Below, piece after piece: positions 9,005-17,195 of a DNA stretch of 64,000 nucleotides. The DNA comes from Elusimicrobiota bacterium (GTDB lineage: Bacteria; Elusimicrobiota; Elusimicrobia; Elusimicrobiales; UBA9959), in assembly GCA_003450815.1 (NCBI GenBank), contig DMES01000078.1, positions 175 to 64,174 of the forward strand, given 5' to 3'. The translations under genes and the position numbers were made by a program. Below the pieces are notes generated by a model that did no database searches, was not told where the DNA came from, and worked only from the letters and a program-made list of their open reading frames with translations. Every line of letters begins with the position of its first letter. Within the stretch, counting starts at the first letter, position 1.

Positions 9005-10495
9005 ATGCTTGTCCTTCCATTCTTTGCCGTCCTCTCTCTTGCCCCGCTTCTACAGGGCCTTTTTGATTTTCCTTTGCAAGCCGCTTTCCAGTCTGTAATA
9101 TTTTTCTCCTGCCTTTTGTGGTTATTCCGTATTCAAAATTTAAGATTCAATGTTCCGGATTGTGGAATCTTGAATCTTGAATCCGGAATCCTAAATCTTA
9201 AATCTGTTGGTATCCGTATAGCGGCTTTTGCCGTTCTGGCGCTTACCTTTTATTCCATGCTCACAAGCCCGGTGCGGGCGCTGGTCTGGCCCGAGTGGGG
9301 CAATTTAGCGGCCGGGTTCCTGATCTTTATCTTTTCCGGCTTTCTGAGCCCTGATGAGCGTAAAAAAACAGATGGCGCTTTGCGGATCGCGGCTTGGGGA
9401 ACTGCGGTGCTTGCCGTAATTCAAGCCCTTGTCTTAAAAACTCCGCAGATCGCCGCTTCACTAGCAAACCCGAACGCTCTCGCTCTTTTCGTGGTAATGC
9501 TTTTGCCTTTGGCGGTGTCGTGGAAAGATTGGTGGCTTGCGGGGACCCTGCTGGTGATTTTGATTTGGACGCAATCCGCTGGAGCGGCCATGGCGCTGAT
9601 CGCGGCCGCCGGCTTTTACATGCACCGGACAATTAGGGCGGCTGAGTTTAAAAAAAATCTGCCGCTTTTTATCCTGCTCGCCGCGGCGATTATCCTGGCG
9701 TTTTCCCGGGTTCCGTCGCAGTCATTTGTTCACCGCCTGCTTTGGTGGAAAAGCGCCATGTTAATATTTCTCTCACGCCCTTTTTTCGGTTTCGGCCACG
9801 CCGCGTTTACCTTCGTCTATCCCGCTTACAGGGTGACAATGCCAGGAGACATGGGGTCAATTTACGCCCACAGTTACTATCTTGAATTTCTGGCTGAAAA
9901 CGGGCTTGTTTGCGCGGCGCTATGGTTTGGGCTTCTGGTTTACGCGGTTAAACAAAAGGCGGGCCTGGCTAAATATTCGCTTATCGGCGCCCTGACCCAT
10001 TGCGTAATTGATTTCGGGCTTTCAGTTCCGGCTAATTTCTGGATTTTCTGCTACCTTGCTGCCCCGGAGGAGCACAGGAGCACAGAAGCACAAGCTGGAA
10101 GTTGGCAGCCGTCGTTCGCATTTGTGGCCCTGCTTGCTGCGGCCTGGCTTAATTTATGTTTTACGCATAACCGGGCTTTGCGCGCGCAGGTGGCCGGTGT
10201 TGCATGTTACGACGGCGGGGATTTTACGGCCGCTGAAAATAAATTTAAAGAAGCTCTTGAAATTGAAAACGGCCCCGCGCCGCTTGAGGCGCTCGGAGAA
10301 ATAGAATACAGACAGGCCCGCGAAACAAACGACAAAGGGACTCTTTTTTCCGCCGCCGTGTTTTTTGAGCGGGCTCTTATTCTGAACCCTTACAGCGCGC
10401 CGGCATACAGGAATCTGGCCGCGGTTTACCGCGTGGCGGGTGAAGATAGGCTGCTCAAGGGCCTTGAGGAAAGGAAAAAGAGGTTTTTCAAATGA
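9005..10495 (+). CDS. O-antigen ligase (Wzy_C) family membrane protein with C-terminal TPR region
   Basis: Polytopic protein with a Wzy_C-like loop (FFGFGHAAF...AHSYYLEFLAENG). TPR-like C-terminus. The track start TTG at 9002 is followed directly by an ATG at 9005. Confidence 0.75.
   Translation: MLVLPFFAVLSLAPLLQGLFDFPLQAAFQSVIFFSCLLWLFRIQNLRFNVPDCGILNLESGILNLKSVGIRIAAFAVLALTFYSMLTSPVRALVWPEWGNLAAGFLIFIFSGFLSPDERKKTDGALRIAAWGTAVLAVIQALVLKTPQIAASLANPNALALFVVMLLPLAVSWKDWWLAGTLLVILIWTQSAGAAMALIAAAGFYMHRTIRAAEFKKNLPLFILLAAAIILAFSRVPSQSFVHRLLWWKSAMLIFLSRPFFGFGHAAFTFVYPAYRVTMPGDMGSIYAHSYYLEFLAENGLVCAALWFGLLVYAVKQKAGLAKYSLIGALTHCVIDFGLSVPANFWIFCYLAAPEEHRSTEAQAGSWQPSFAFVALLAAAWLNLCFTHNRALRAQVAGVACYDGGDFTAAENKFKEALEIENGPAPLEALGEIEYRQARETNDKGTLFSAAVFFERALILNPYSAPAYRNLAAVYRVAGEDRLLKGLEERKKRFFK
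9131..9206. repeat. degenerate heptad repeat (CTTGAAT/CCGGAAT units) embedded in-frame in a CDS
   Basis: Sequence ...ccggatt gtggaat cttgaat cttgaat ccggaat cctaaat cttaaat..., encoding RFNVPDCGILNLESGILNLKS. The same unit type is seen at 49030-49078. Confidence 0.7.
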
Positions 10496-12342
10496 GAATA
10501 ACCTTGAACTGCAGGATTCGGGCTAGTGAGACACTGTTGAAAGAAAGGGCGCGGGACTACGCTCCGGCTTTCTTCCTGCTGTTGGCCTGCTTGCTTTCCG
10601 GGCTTCGGAGCGCCTTTAACTGGGAAGTGTTCACGCTTGTGTTCTTTTGCTGGGCTGTTTTTTTTAAAAAAGAAGGCTTCACGCTCCCGGGGGGGCTTTG
10701 GCCGTGGTTCTTCGGCTGGCTTGGTATCACCTCAATTTTCTCGCTTGAGCCGCTGAATTCGCTTTCCCAGTTCTCAAAATACCTGTTTTTCGCGTTTTTC
10801 TTCTCTTTAACTTCCCATAGCGCCATAACATCAGGGTGGGCTCCGCACTTTGGCCCATTTGGAAAAAGCGGGGGGCGGGCCTGGCTGTGCGCGCTTTTCG
10901 GAGCCGCGCTGGTGTGCGCTTTTGTTGTTCTTTATCAGCGCCTTTCAGGCGGCGGCGTTTATGGGATTATCGGCTATAATCCCAACTATTCAGCGGCAAT
11001 TCTTACGGGGGCTTTTGCGGCCGCCTGGGTATTTATGTTTTCAGAATCCTCACTACGGCTTAAAGCGCTCTATGGCCTGCTCGCCGCGGTTTTCCTTGCG
11101 GGAATAACCGCCTCTAATTCCCGCGGGGCGCTGTTCGCCGCGACACTTGCCGCCGCGACATATCTTGCAGTAAATAAAAAATGGCGGGTTCTGCTTTATC
11201 TGGCCGCCGCTTTCTCTTTGGCCGCCGTAATCGTTCCCGCGGATTGGCTTTATTTTTTATTTAAAACAGGGGATTCCCGCTCCTATGCGCGCGTTTGGAT
11301 ATGGGGCAGCGCACTTAAAGCCGCGTTCTCAAGTCCCTTTTTCGGTTTTGGCCCGGGGTTATTTGAAAGAGCTTTTGAACTTTTCAAATTTCCTTATTTC
11401 AACGGTATTTCATATTATGGTCATTCCACTATTCATGCCCACAGCGAGGTTCTGAACCTTGCAGCCGAGTCGGGATTTCCCGCCGCCGCTCTTTTTCTGG
11501 GGGCGGTGTTTTATTCCGTTAAAGAAAAAAGCCGCGACGCTTTTTCGGCGGCTATGAAGTTATGCGCGCTCTCGCTTTTAGTCCAGGGGTCTTTTGACAT
11601 GGTGTTTTACTCAGGGGCGGTGTCGCTTTTGTTTTTCGGCTCTCTCGGTTTTGCCTCCGGCGGCTGTGCTAAGGAAGCCGCGGGCGGTGAATCCTCTCAG
11701 GCACGGATGGAGCCGGAGGCCACCGGTATGCCTGGGTCACAGTCGCGCTTTATGTCGGTTATATTCGGGATTGTATGCGTTTTAGGCTTTGTGCCCCGGA
11801 TCGTTTTTGACAGGGATTTCTCCCTGGCCATGCGGCCCGGGACGGATCCGGCGCAAAGCCAAATGGCCCTTCGGCGGGCCCTGTTCTTTGCCCCCTGTAA
11901 TAAAGACCTGCTTCTTGAGTTCGCGAGTGCGCGGCTGCTTTCTTCAGGCAATTACGCTTACGCGGCGGCCTTCGTTGAAAATGCGGCCGTCTTTTGTCCG
12001 AAAGATCCGAGGTTCCCGTATCTTGCTGCTGAGGCCTTTATCTACGGCGGCAACGCGCCCTCGGCTTATGACAGGCTTGAAAAGACGCTCGCTCTTGAGC
12101 CGGAATTCATGGCGGCAAGAGTTGCTTTGGCCCGCCTGCTTTATTCCGACGGTAAATTAAAAACCGCGGCCGCGCAAGCCGCTATCGCAGTAACAACAGC
12201 TTCGCAAAACCGGCGGCCGTATTCTGTTTACGATAGGCTGCTAGTAAATTTTAATTTGGAAGCCTTTGAGAGCCTTAAAAAAGACCTATGGAAGAAAACA
12301 ACAACTGGCAGAAATATTGTTTCAGGCCCGCAGGCGCGATAA
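10492..12342 (+). CDS. second O-antigen ligase (Wzy_C) family membrane protein with C-terminal TPR region
   Basis: Wzy_C-like loop (FFGFGPGLF...HAHSEVLNLAAESG) and TPR-like C-terminus. The ATG overlaps the previous stop codon. Confidence 0.75.
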   Translation: MRITLNCRIRASETLLKERARDYAPAFFLLLACLLSGLRSAFNWEVFTLVFFCWAVFFKKEGFTLPGGLWPWFFGWLGITSIFSLEPLNSLSQFSKYLFFAFFFSLTSHSAITSGWAPHFGPFGKSGGRAWLCALFGAALVCAFVVLYQRLSGGGVYGIIGYNPNYSAAILTGAFAAAWVFMFSESSLRLKALYGLLAAVFLAGITASNSRGALFAATLAAATYLAVNKKWRVLLYLAAAFSLAAVIVPADWLYFLFKTGDSRSYARVWIWGSALKAAFSSPFFGFGPGLFERAFELFKFPYFNGISYYGHSTIHAHSEVLNLAAESGFPAAALFLGAVFYSVKEKSRDAFSAAMKLCALSLLVQGSFDMVFYSGAVSLLFFGSLGFASGGCAKEAAGGESSQARMEPEATGMPGSQSRFMSVIFGIVCVLGFVPRIVFDRDFSLAMRPGTDPAQSQMALRRALFFAPCNKDLLLEFASARLLSSGNYAYAAAFVENAAVFCPKDPRFPYLAAEAFIYGGNAPSAYDRLEKTLALEPEFMAARVALARLLYSDGKLKTAAAQAAIAVTTASQNRRPYSVYDRLLVNFNLEAFESLKKDLWKKTTTGRNIVSGPQAR

Positions 12343-13565
12343 GCGGCAATAGTGTCCGGCTGCTTAAAAACGGCGAAGAAGCTTTTGGCGGAATGATTGA
12401 AGCCGTGAAGGCCGCCAAAAAGTATATTCTGCTTGAATTTTACGCTTTCGCTGATGACGCCGCCGGGCGTCTTTTTTCCGGGCTGCTTAAAGAGAAAATA
12501 AGCCAGGGGGTGGGAGTTTACCTCATCCGCGACGCGGTGGGCTCCATACTTACCGACCAGGACTTCTTTTCCGGCCTTGCCGCCGATGGGGCAAGAGTCG
12601 CGGAGTTCCGGCCCGTGGTGCTCTGGAAGCCTTACTGGAACTGGGTGAAGCGCGACCACAGGAAAACGCTTTGTGTGGACGGCGTGAAGGCCTTTGTCGG
12701 CGGTTTTAATATTACCGAAGCTGATTTGCCGCGTTCCCTGGGCGGCCGCGGCTGGAAAGACGCGCAGGTGCGCGTGGAAGGGCCGGCAGTTGCGGAAATA
12801 GAGAAGCTTTTTTGGGAATCCTGGTTTGCAAGCCATCTGACCCCGCCCCCAGCTTCGGGACCGAAAGGTCCTGCCTCAGCCAAGCAGACGGCTGATCCGT
12901 CTCAGGCAGGCGGCGTGGTGGTCGCGCCGGAGCCTGGCGGCGCGCCTAAGGCAGACTTCGCGGAAAACGTCAGCCCGCTGGCTGTCCCGTGGTTATCAAA
13001 AAATTATCCGGCCGGAGATGTTCTGGTTTCAATAGTTTCCGTTTCCGGCATAAGGAATTACAGGTCTATCCGACGCAGTTACAGGTATGCGATAGATAAT
13101 GCCGGGGATAATATTTATATCACCAATGCCTACTTTCTGCCTGATCGTTTTATTTACCGCCGCCTGATAAGAGCGGTTCGCCGCGGAGTGGATGTGCGCA
13201 TAATAGTTCCCCTTAAAACAGACCACCCGTATGTGCGCTGGGCTTCCTGGGCGATGTACGCTCACATGCTGAAAAATGGCATAAGGCTTTACGAATGGCA
13301 GGGTGAAATTCTACATTCCAAAACCGCCGTTATTGACGGGGTTTGGTCTTCGGTGGGCAGCCATAACCTGGACCACAGAAGCCTGCATTATAACATGGAG
13401 CTGAATGTTAATGTTTTCAGCAGAAAGTTCGGTTCGGAGCTGCGGCGGCTTTTTATGGAGGACCTTAAGGGCTCAAAAGAGCTGTCGCTTGACGAGGTGC
13501 GTGCAAGGCCCCTGCTTTCAAAAGCGGCAAGCAAACTGCTGTATCTTTTCAGATCATTCGGCTAA
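12288..13565 (+). CDS. cls: phospholipase D family protein / cardiolipin synthase-like (no TM, ClsB-like)
   Basis: Two HKD motifs: HRKTLCVDG...GGFNI and HSKTAVIDG...GSHNLD. Overlaps the upstream gene by 55 nt. Confidence 0.8.
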   Translation: MEENNNWQKYCFRPAGAISGNSVRLLKNGEEAFGGMIEAVKAAKKYILLEFYAFADDAAGRLFSGLLKEKISQGVGVYLIRDAVGSILTDQDFFSGLAADGARVAEFRPVVLWKPYWNWVKRDHRKTLCVDGVKAFVGGFNITEADLPRSLGGRGWKDAQVRVEGPAVAEIEKLFWESWFASHLTPPPASGPKGPASAKQTADPSQAGGVVVAPEPGGAPKADFAENVSPLAVPWLSKNYPAGDVLVSIVSVSGIRNYRSIRRSYRYAIDNAGDNIYITNAYFLPDRFIYRRLIRAVRRGVDVRIIVPLKTDHPYVRWASWAMYAHMLKNGIRLYEWQGEILHSKTAVIDGVWSSVGSHNLDHRSLHYNMELNVNVFSRKFGSELRRLFMEDLKGSKELSLDEVRARPLLSKAASKLLYLFRSFG

Positions 13566-13591
13566 TCCGAAAATTGCGGCAATTTTCGGAT
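13565..13591 (+). terminator. stem-loop after cls (12-bp stem ATCCGAAAATTG/CAATTTTCGGAT)
   Basis: Perfect inverted repeat lying at the cls stop codon (stop at 13563-13565). It lacks a clear T-tract. Confidence 0.4.
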
Positions 13592-13683
13592 CATGAGGAA
13601 TGACCAACCAGTGCCGGCCGCGACAGGCTTCGTATAGGTGGCGGGGTTAATTACCGAAGAAGTTTTTGCATAAAAGTTTTTTA

Positions 13684-15141
13684 ATGGAAAAAAAATATAA
13701 TTATATTTTTTGGGTTAAATGGTTCTTTAGAGCGGCTCTGCCGGCGGTTTTGTTGGTTTCTTTTTCTGCTTCAGGCTTCAGCCTGGAGCAGGATATAAAA
13801 CCGGTAAATGTCAATGAAGCCGAATATTCGGCGTTGAAAGACAGGCTGAGCGTAAGCCTGTTTTTCCGGGGGGAACTGGCGGACAGGATTATAGACGCCG
13901 GTCTGCAAGGCCGCCTGCTGGAACTTCAAGGCGGAGAAACCCATTCCGAGGTGAGGGGGGCGCTGTTAGACTGGATTAAAAAAAATCCTGACAAAGCCGC
14001 AAACCTTTATTTTTATCTGAGCCGGCACGGTTCATACGGAGTGATGCCGGCGGAAATAAAATATTCAAAGCCCTCATGGGAATTAAACCCGCGCTTTTTG
14101 GGCCTTATAAAAGCGCTTAAGGCGGCGGCCGGGGACAGGGGGATGTCGGATGAAACTTTGAATTTATCCGCGGCCCGGCTTTTTGAGGGCCCTCAAGTCC
14201 CCCCGGAGGCGCGCGGAATAGAGCCTGACCGCGCCCGCGCGGAAGGAACCGCATTCTTTTCCGGCTACGCCGATTACAAGCTTAATCGCGCCGGATTGGA
14301 GAAGGAGCTTAAAAACCTGAGGGGTTGGACGGATTCCCTGAGGGATGGCAAGGAAACGGGTGACGCTTCCGAAACGCAAAGGCGGCTTTTTGACGAGGCA
14401 TTTTCCGCCTACGGGGCTTTTACCGCGGCCGCCTCGGCTTTTAAATCGCGAAGCGCTCTTACAGCCGGAGAATCCGCCGGCCTTGAAAAATCGCGGCGGG
14501 TTTTAAAGGGAAAGCTGGCCGCTCTCACGCTGTATGAAATGGCCGGGCGCGTTCACAAGGCCGCCGGCGGGCTCGGCAGAGAAGACGTGGAACTTATTGG
14601 CGAAGCAAAACTTTTATCCGGTAATTTTGAGAAAGCGGCTGGGGAGTTAGAGGCGGGTTTGTACGCCCCTGGTGAGATGGCCCGTGTTTTGAGAGCGGCC
14701 GGACACGCCCGCGCTGTTTTTTGCGCGCGGGCCGGGGCCGTGAAAACCCTGTCGGCCCTGAGTCTCCGTCTTGAGCGGGCGGCCGGTTTTTCCTGCTTGT
14801 ATGATTATTTATTCTCGGTGTATTTTGAGCGATTTTACCCGGACAGCGATTGTGTCCGGGCCAGGGGCGCGCTTCAGGGGGGAGAAGCTCTGCTCCGGAG
14901 CGCCAGCGCGCGGCTTGGGCGCGGCGCGCCTGGGGAATTGGGTGGCGACCTGTCCGCCGAACTGGCGGCTTTTATCGGGTCTGTTGAGATTGTTGAGAAA
15001 ATTTCCGTCTTCAATAGGCGGGCGCAGTTTTTTTTATGGGGTCTGATCTTCAGGCCGTTTGAGCTTGAGGTTTCGGCTTCGGCCGGAAAATTAAAATTTA
15101 AACCCGCGTTTACTTTTTTTGAAATTACTTTGGTAAAATGA
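13684..15141 (+). CDS. hypothetical secreted protein
   Basis: ATG at 13684 (the track start is TTG at 13666). Signal-peptide-like N-terminus. Ala/Arg/Leu-rich helical protein. No family was recognised. Confidence 0.5.
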   Translation: MEKKYNYIFWVKWFFRAALPAVLLVSFSASGFSLEQDIKPVNVNEAEYSALKDRLSVSLFFRGELADRIIDAGLQGRLLELQGGETHSEVRGALLDWIKKNPDKAANLYFYLSRHGSYGVMPAEIKYSKPSWELNPRFLGLIKALKAAAGDRGMSDETLNLSAARLFEGPQVPPEARGIEPDRARAEGTAFFSGYADYKLNRAGLEKELKNLRGWTDSLRDGKETGDASETQRRLFDEAFSAYGAFTAAASAFKSRSALTAGESAGLEKSRRVLKGKLAALTLYEMAGRVHKAAGGLGREDVELIGEAKLLSGNFEKAAGELEAGLYAPGEMARVLRAAGHARAVFCARAGAVKTLSALSLRLERAAGFSCLYDYLFSVYFERFYPDSDCVRARGALQGGEALLRSASARLGRGAPGELGGDLSAELAAFIGSVEIVEKISVFNRRAQFFLWGLIFRPFELEVSASAGKLKFKPAFTFFEITLVK

Positions 15142-15150
15142 AATAACTTT

Positions 15151-16617
15151 CTATCCCGCCAGCAATCTTTTAATCATTTCATTTGCAAGTTTGGGGTTGG
15201 CTTTGCCTTTGGACTTCTTCATCATCGCTCCGACGATCGGGCCGAGGGCTTTTTCACTCCCATTTTTAAAATCCTGCGCGGCGCCCTGGTTGGCCTCAAT
15301 GGCCTCTTTGGCCCAGGCCTCTATCTGTGCGGTATCGCTCACCTGCGCTAGGCCAAGCTCGCGCAGCAAAATTTCTGGTTTTTTGCCCGTTTCCCAGGAC
15401 GCGGCGAAAATTGTTTTGGCGGCTGAAGGCCCTGTTGTTCCTGCCGTCACCATACCAGCCAATTCCGCTAAATTAGCCGGCAAGATGGTTTTTGGCGAAA
15501 GATAATCTTCCGGTTGTATTTTTAATTCGTTGGCACGGGCGAGAAATTCACCAGCGATCAGATTCGTCACCGCTTTGGCATTTACCTTCGTGGTTTTGTT
15601 CATACTGGCGTCAAAAACTTCGCTTAAATAGCGATCAGAAGTGAGCACGGCGGCATCATAGTTATTAAGGCCGAAATCTTTCATAAAACGCGCTTTGCGC
15701 GCTCGCGGCAGTTCGCCTATTTTCGCTTTTGCCGCTTCAAGCCGGTCCTCCGTAATTCTGAGCGGCACAAGGTCCGGCTCCGGAAAATAGCGGTAATCGT
15801 GCGCCATTTCTTTTGAACGCATGGAAACGGTTTTCTGTTCCTTTTCATGCCAGAGGCGCGTGTCCTGCGCCACGGTTTCGCCGCTCTCAAGCATTGAGGT
15901 CTGGCGCCCTATTTCGTGGTTTATGGCGTCTTTCACCGCCTTAAAAGAGTTAAGATTTTTAATTTCCACCTTGTGCCCCAGCTCTTGGGTTCCGGCGGCT
16001 TTAAGTGAAATGTTTACATCGCAGCGCAGTTCGCCCTTTTCCATATCGCATTGCGAAATGCCGGCCCATTGCATAAGCCGCTTTAGTTCGGTAAGGTAGG
16101 CGTAAGCCTCGTCGGCTGAATTTATGTCCGGTTCTGAAACTATTTCTATAAGAGGCACCCCGCAGCGGTTGAAGTCTACCAGGGTGTAATCCAGCGCCCG
16201 GCTGCCCAGGGCGTGCAGTGACTTTCCGGCGTCCTCTTCCAGATGCGCGCGGGCCACCCGTATGGTTTTTGAACCGGAAGGCTTTAAATCTATTTCAACG
16301 CTTCCAGCCTCGCATAGCGGCCGGTCAAACTGTGAGATCTGATAGGATTTAGGGAGGTCCGGGTAAAAATAATTTTTACGGGCGAAAACAGAGATTCCGT
16401 TCACGTGGCAGTTAAGGGCAGCTCCGGCTTTCACGCCCAGCTCCACCGCTTTACTGTTTGTGACGGGCAAAGCGCCGGGTTGGCCGGTGCACACGGGGCA
16501 AATTGAGGAATTGGCCGGAGCCATGTAGTCCGCCAGCTGGCATGAACAGAACATTTTCGTGGCGGTGTTAAGCTGGGCGTGCACCTCAAGGCCGATAACA
16601 GTTTCAAATTTGCTCAT
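15151..16617 (-). CDS. gatB: Asp/Glu-tRNA amidotransferase subunit B
   Basis: MSKFETVIGLEVHAQLNT N-terminus, 488 aa, GatB/YqeY C-terminal tail. Confidence 0.95.
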   Translation of the reverse strand: MSKFETVIGLEVHAQLNTATKMFCSCQLADYMAPANSSICPVCTGQPGALPVTNSKAVELGVKAGAALNCHVNGISVFARKNYFYPDLPKSYQISQFDRPLCEAGSVEIDLKPSGSKTIRVARAHLEEDAGKSLHALGSRALDYTLVDFNRCGVPLIEIVSEPDINSADEAYAYLTELKRLMQWAGISQCDMEKGELRCDVNISLKAAGTQELGHKVEIKNLNSFKAVKDAINHEIGRQTSMLESGETVAQDTRLWHEKEQKTVSMRSKEMAHDYRYFPEPDLVPLRITEDRLEAAKAKIGELPRARKARFMKDFGLNNYDAAVLTSDRYLSEVFDASMNKTTKVNAKAVTNLIAGEFLARANELKIQPEDYLSPKTILPANLAELAGMVTAGTTGPSAAKTIFAASWETGKKPEILLRELGLAQVSDTAQIEAWAKEAIEANQGAAQDFKNGSEKALGPIVGAMMKKSKGKANPKLANEMIKRLLAG

Positions 16618-16644
16618 AAGCGGTCCTTAGGGGGTAATACTCAA

Positions 16645-16754
16645 GTAGACAGAATTCAGTAGTCAGAATCCAGAATAGCAGATGTGAAGCCTCCGATAGC
16701 TTTTTGCCTTATGGTTTCGTAATTCTGGCTTCTGACTACTGTCTTCTGAATTCT
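16645..16754. repeat. inverted arms of degenerate NNNNCAG heptads (long imperfect hairpin) between NUDIX gene and gatB
   Basis: The left arm (16659-16675, TAGTCAGAATCCAGAAT) pairs with the right arm (16722-16738, ATTCTGGCTTCTGACTA) at 16 of 17 positions. Flanking heptads extend the stem imperfectly. Confidence 0.75.
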
Positions 16755-16769
16755 AACTTTACCAGTTTC

Positions 16770-17195
16770 CTAAATTTTTGAAAAGTCCTCCACCAGTTCC
16801 AGCAGCCGGAGATCGCTCGGGTAAGTTAGATACGCCTCCGCTTCAGCGAGAGCGCACCATTTCATGTCAAAGACCTCGTCCGGCGTTTTTGGTATGCCGT
16901 CTCCGCCCAAGCGTTTCATCAGGTACCAGCGCACGTCTTTGTTTACCGGGATGCCGTTCCTTACGAACGAGTATTCGGCTTTATACAATTCTCCGGTTAT
17001 CCGGCAGTCGAAGCCGGTTTCTTCCGCCACTTCCCGTATCGCCGCGGCTTCTGCGGTTTCCCCGTCTTCCAGGTGGCCTTTAGGGAAAGTCCAGACTTTA
17101 TCGCCGTTAAGGTTGGCCATCAATATAAGAAGGACCTGTCCGTCTTCAAAAATAACGCCGCCTGCCGAGTGTTCGCGCTTTATTTCAGGCGGCAT
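16770..17195 (-). CDS. NUDIX hydrolase
   Basis: Nudix box GHLEDGETAEAAAIREVAEETG. 141 aa. Overlaps the gatA stop. Confidence 0.85.
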   Translation of the reverse strand: MPPEIKREHSAGGVIFEDGQVLLILMANLNGDKVWTFPKGHLEDGETAEAAAIREVAEETGFDCRITGELYKAEYSFVRNGIPVNKDVRWYLMKRLGGDGIPKTPDEVFDMKWCALAEAEAYLTYPSDLRLLELVEDFSKI

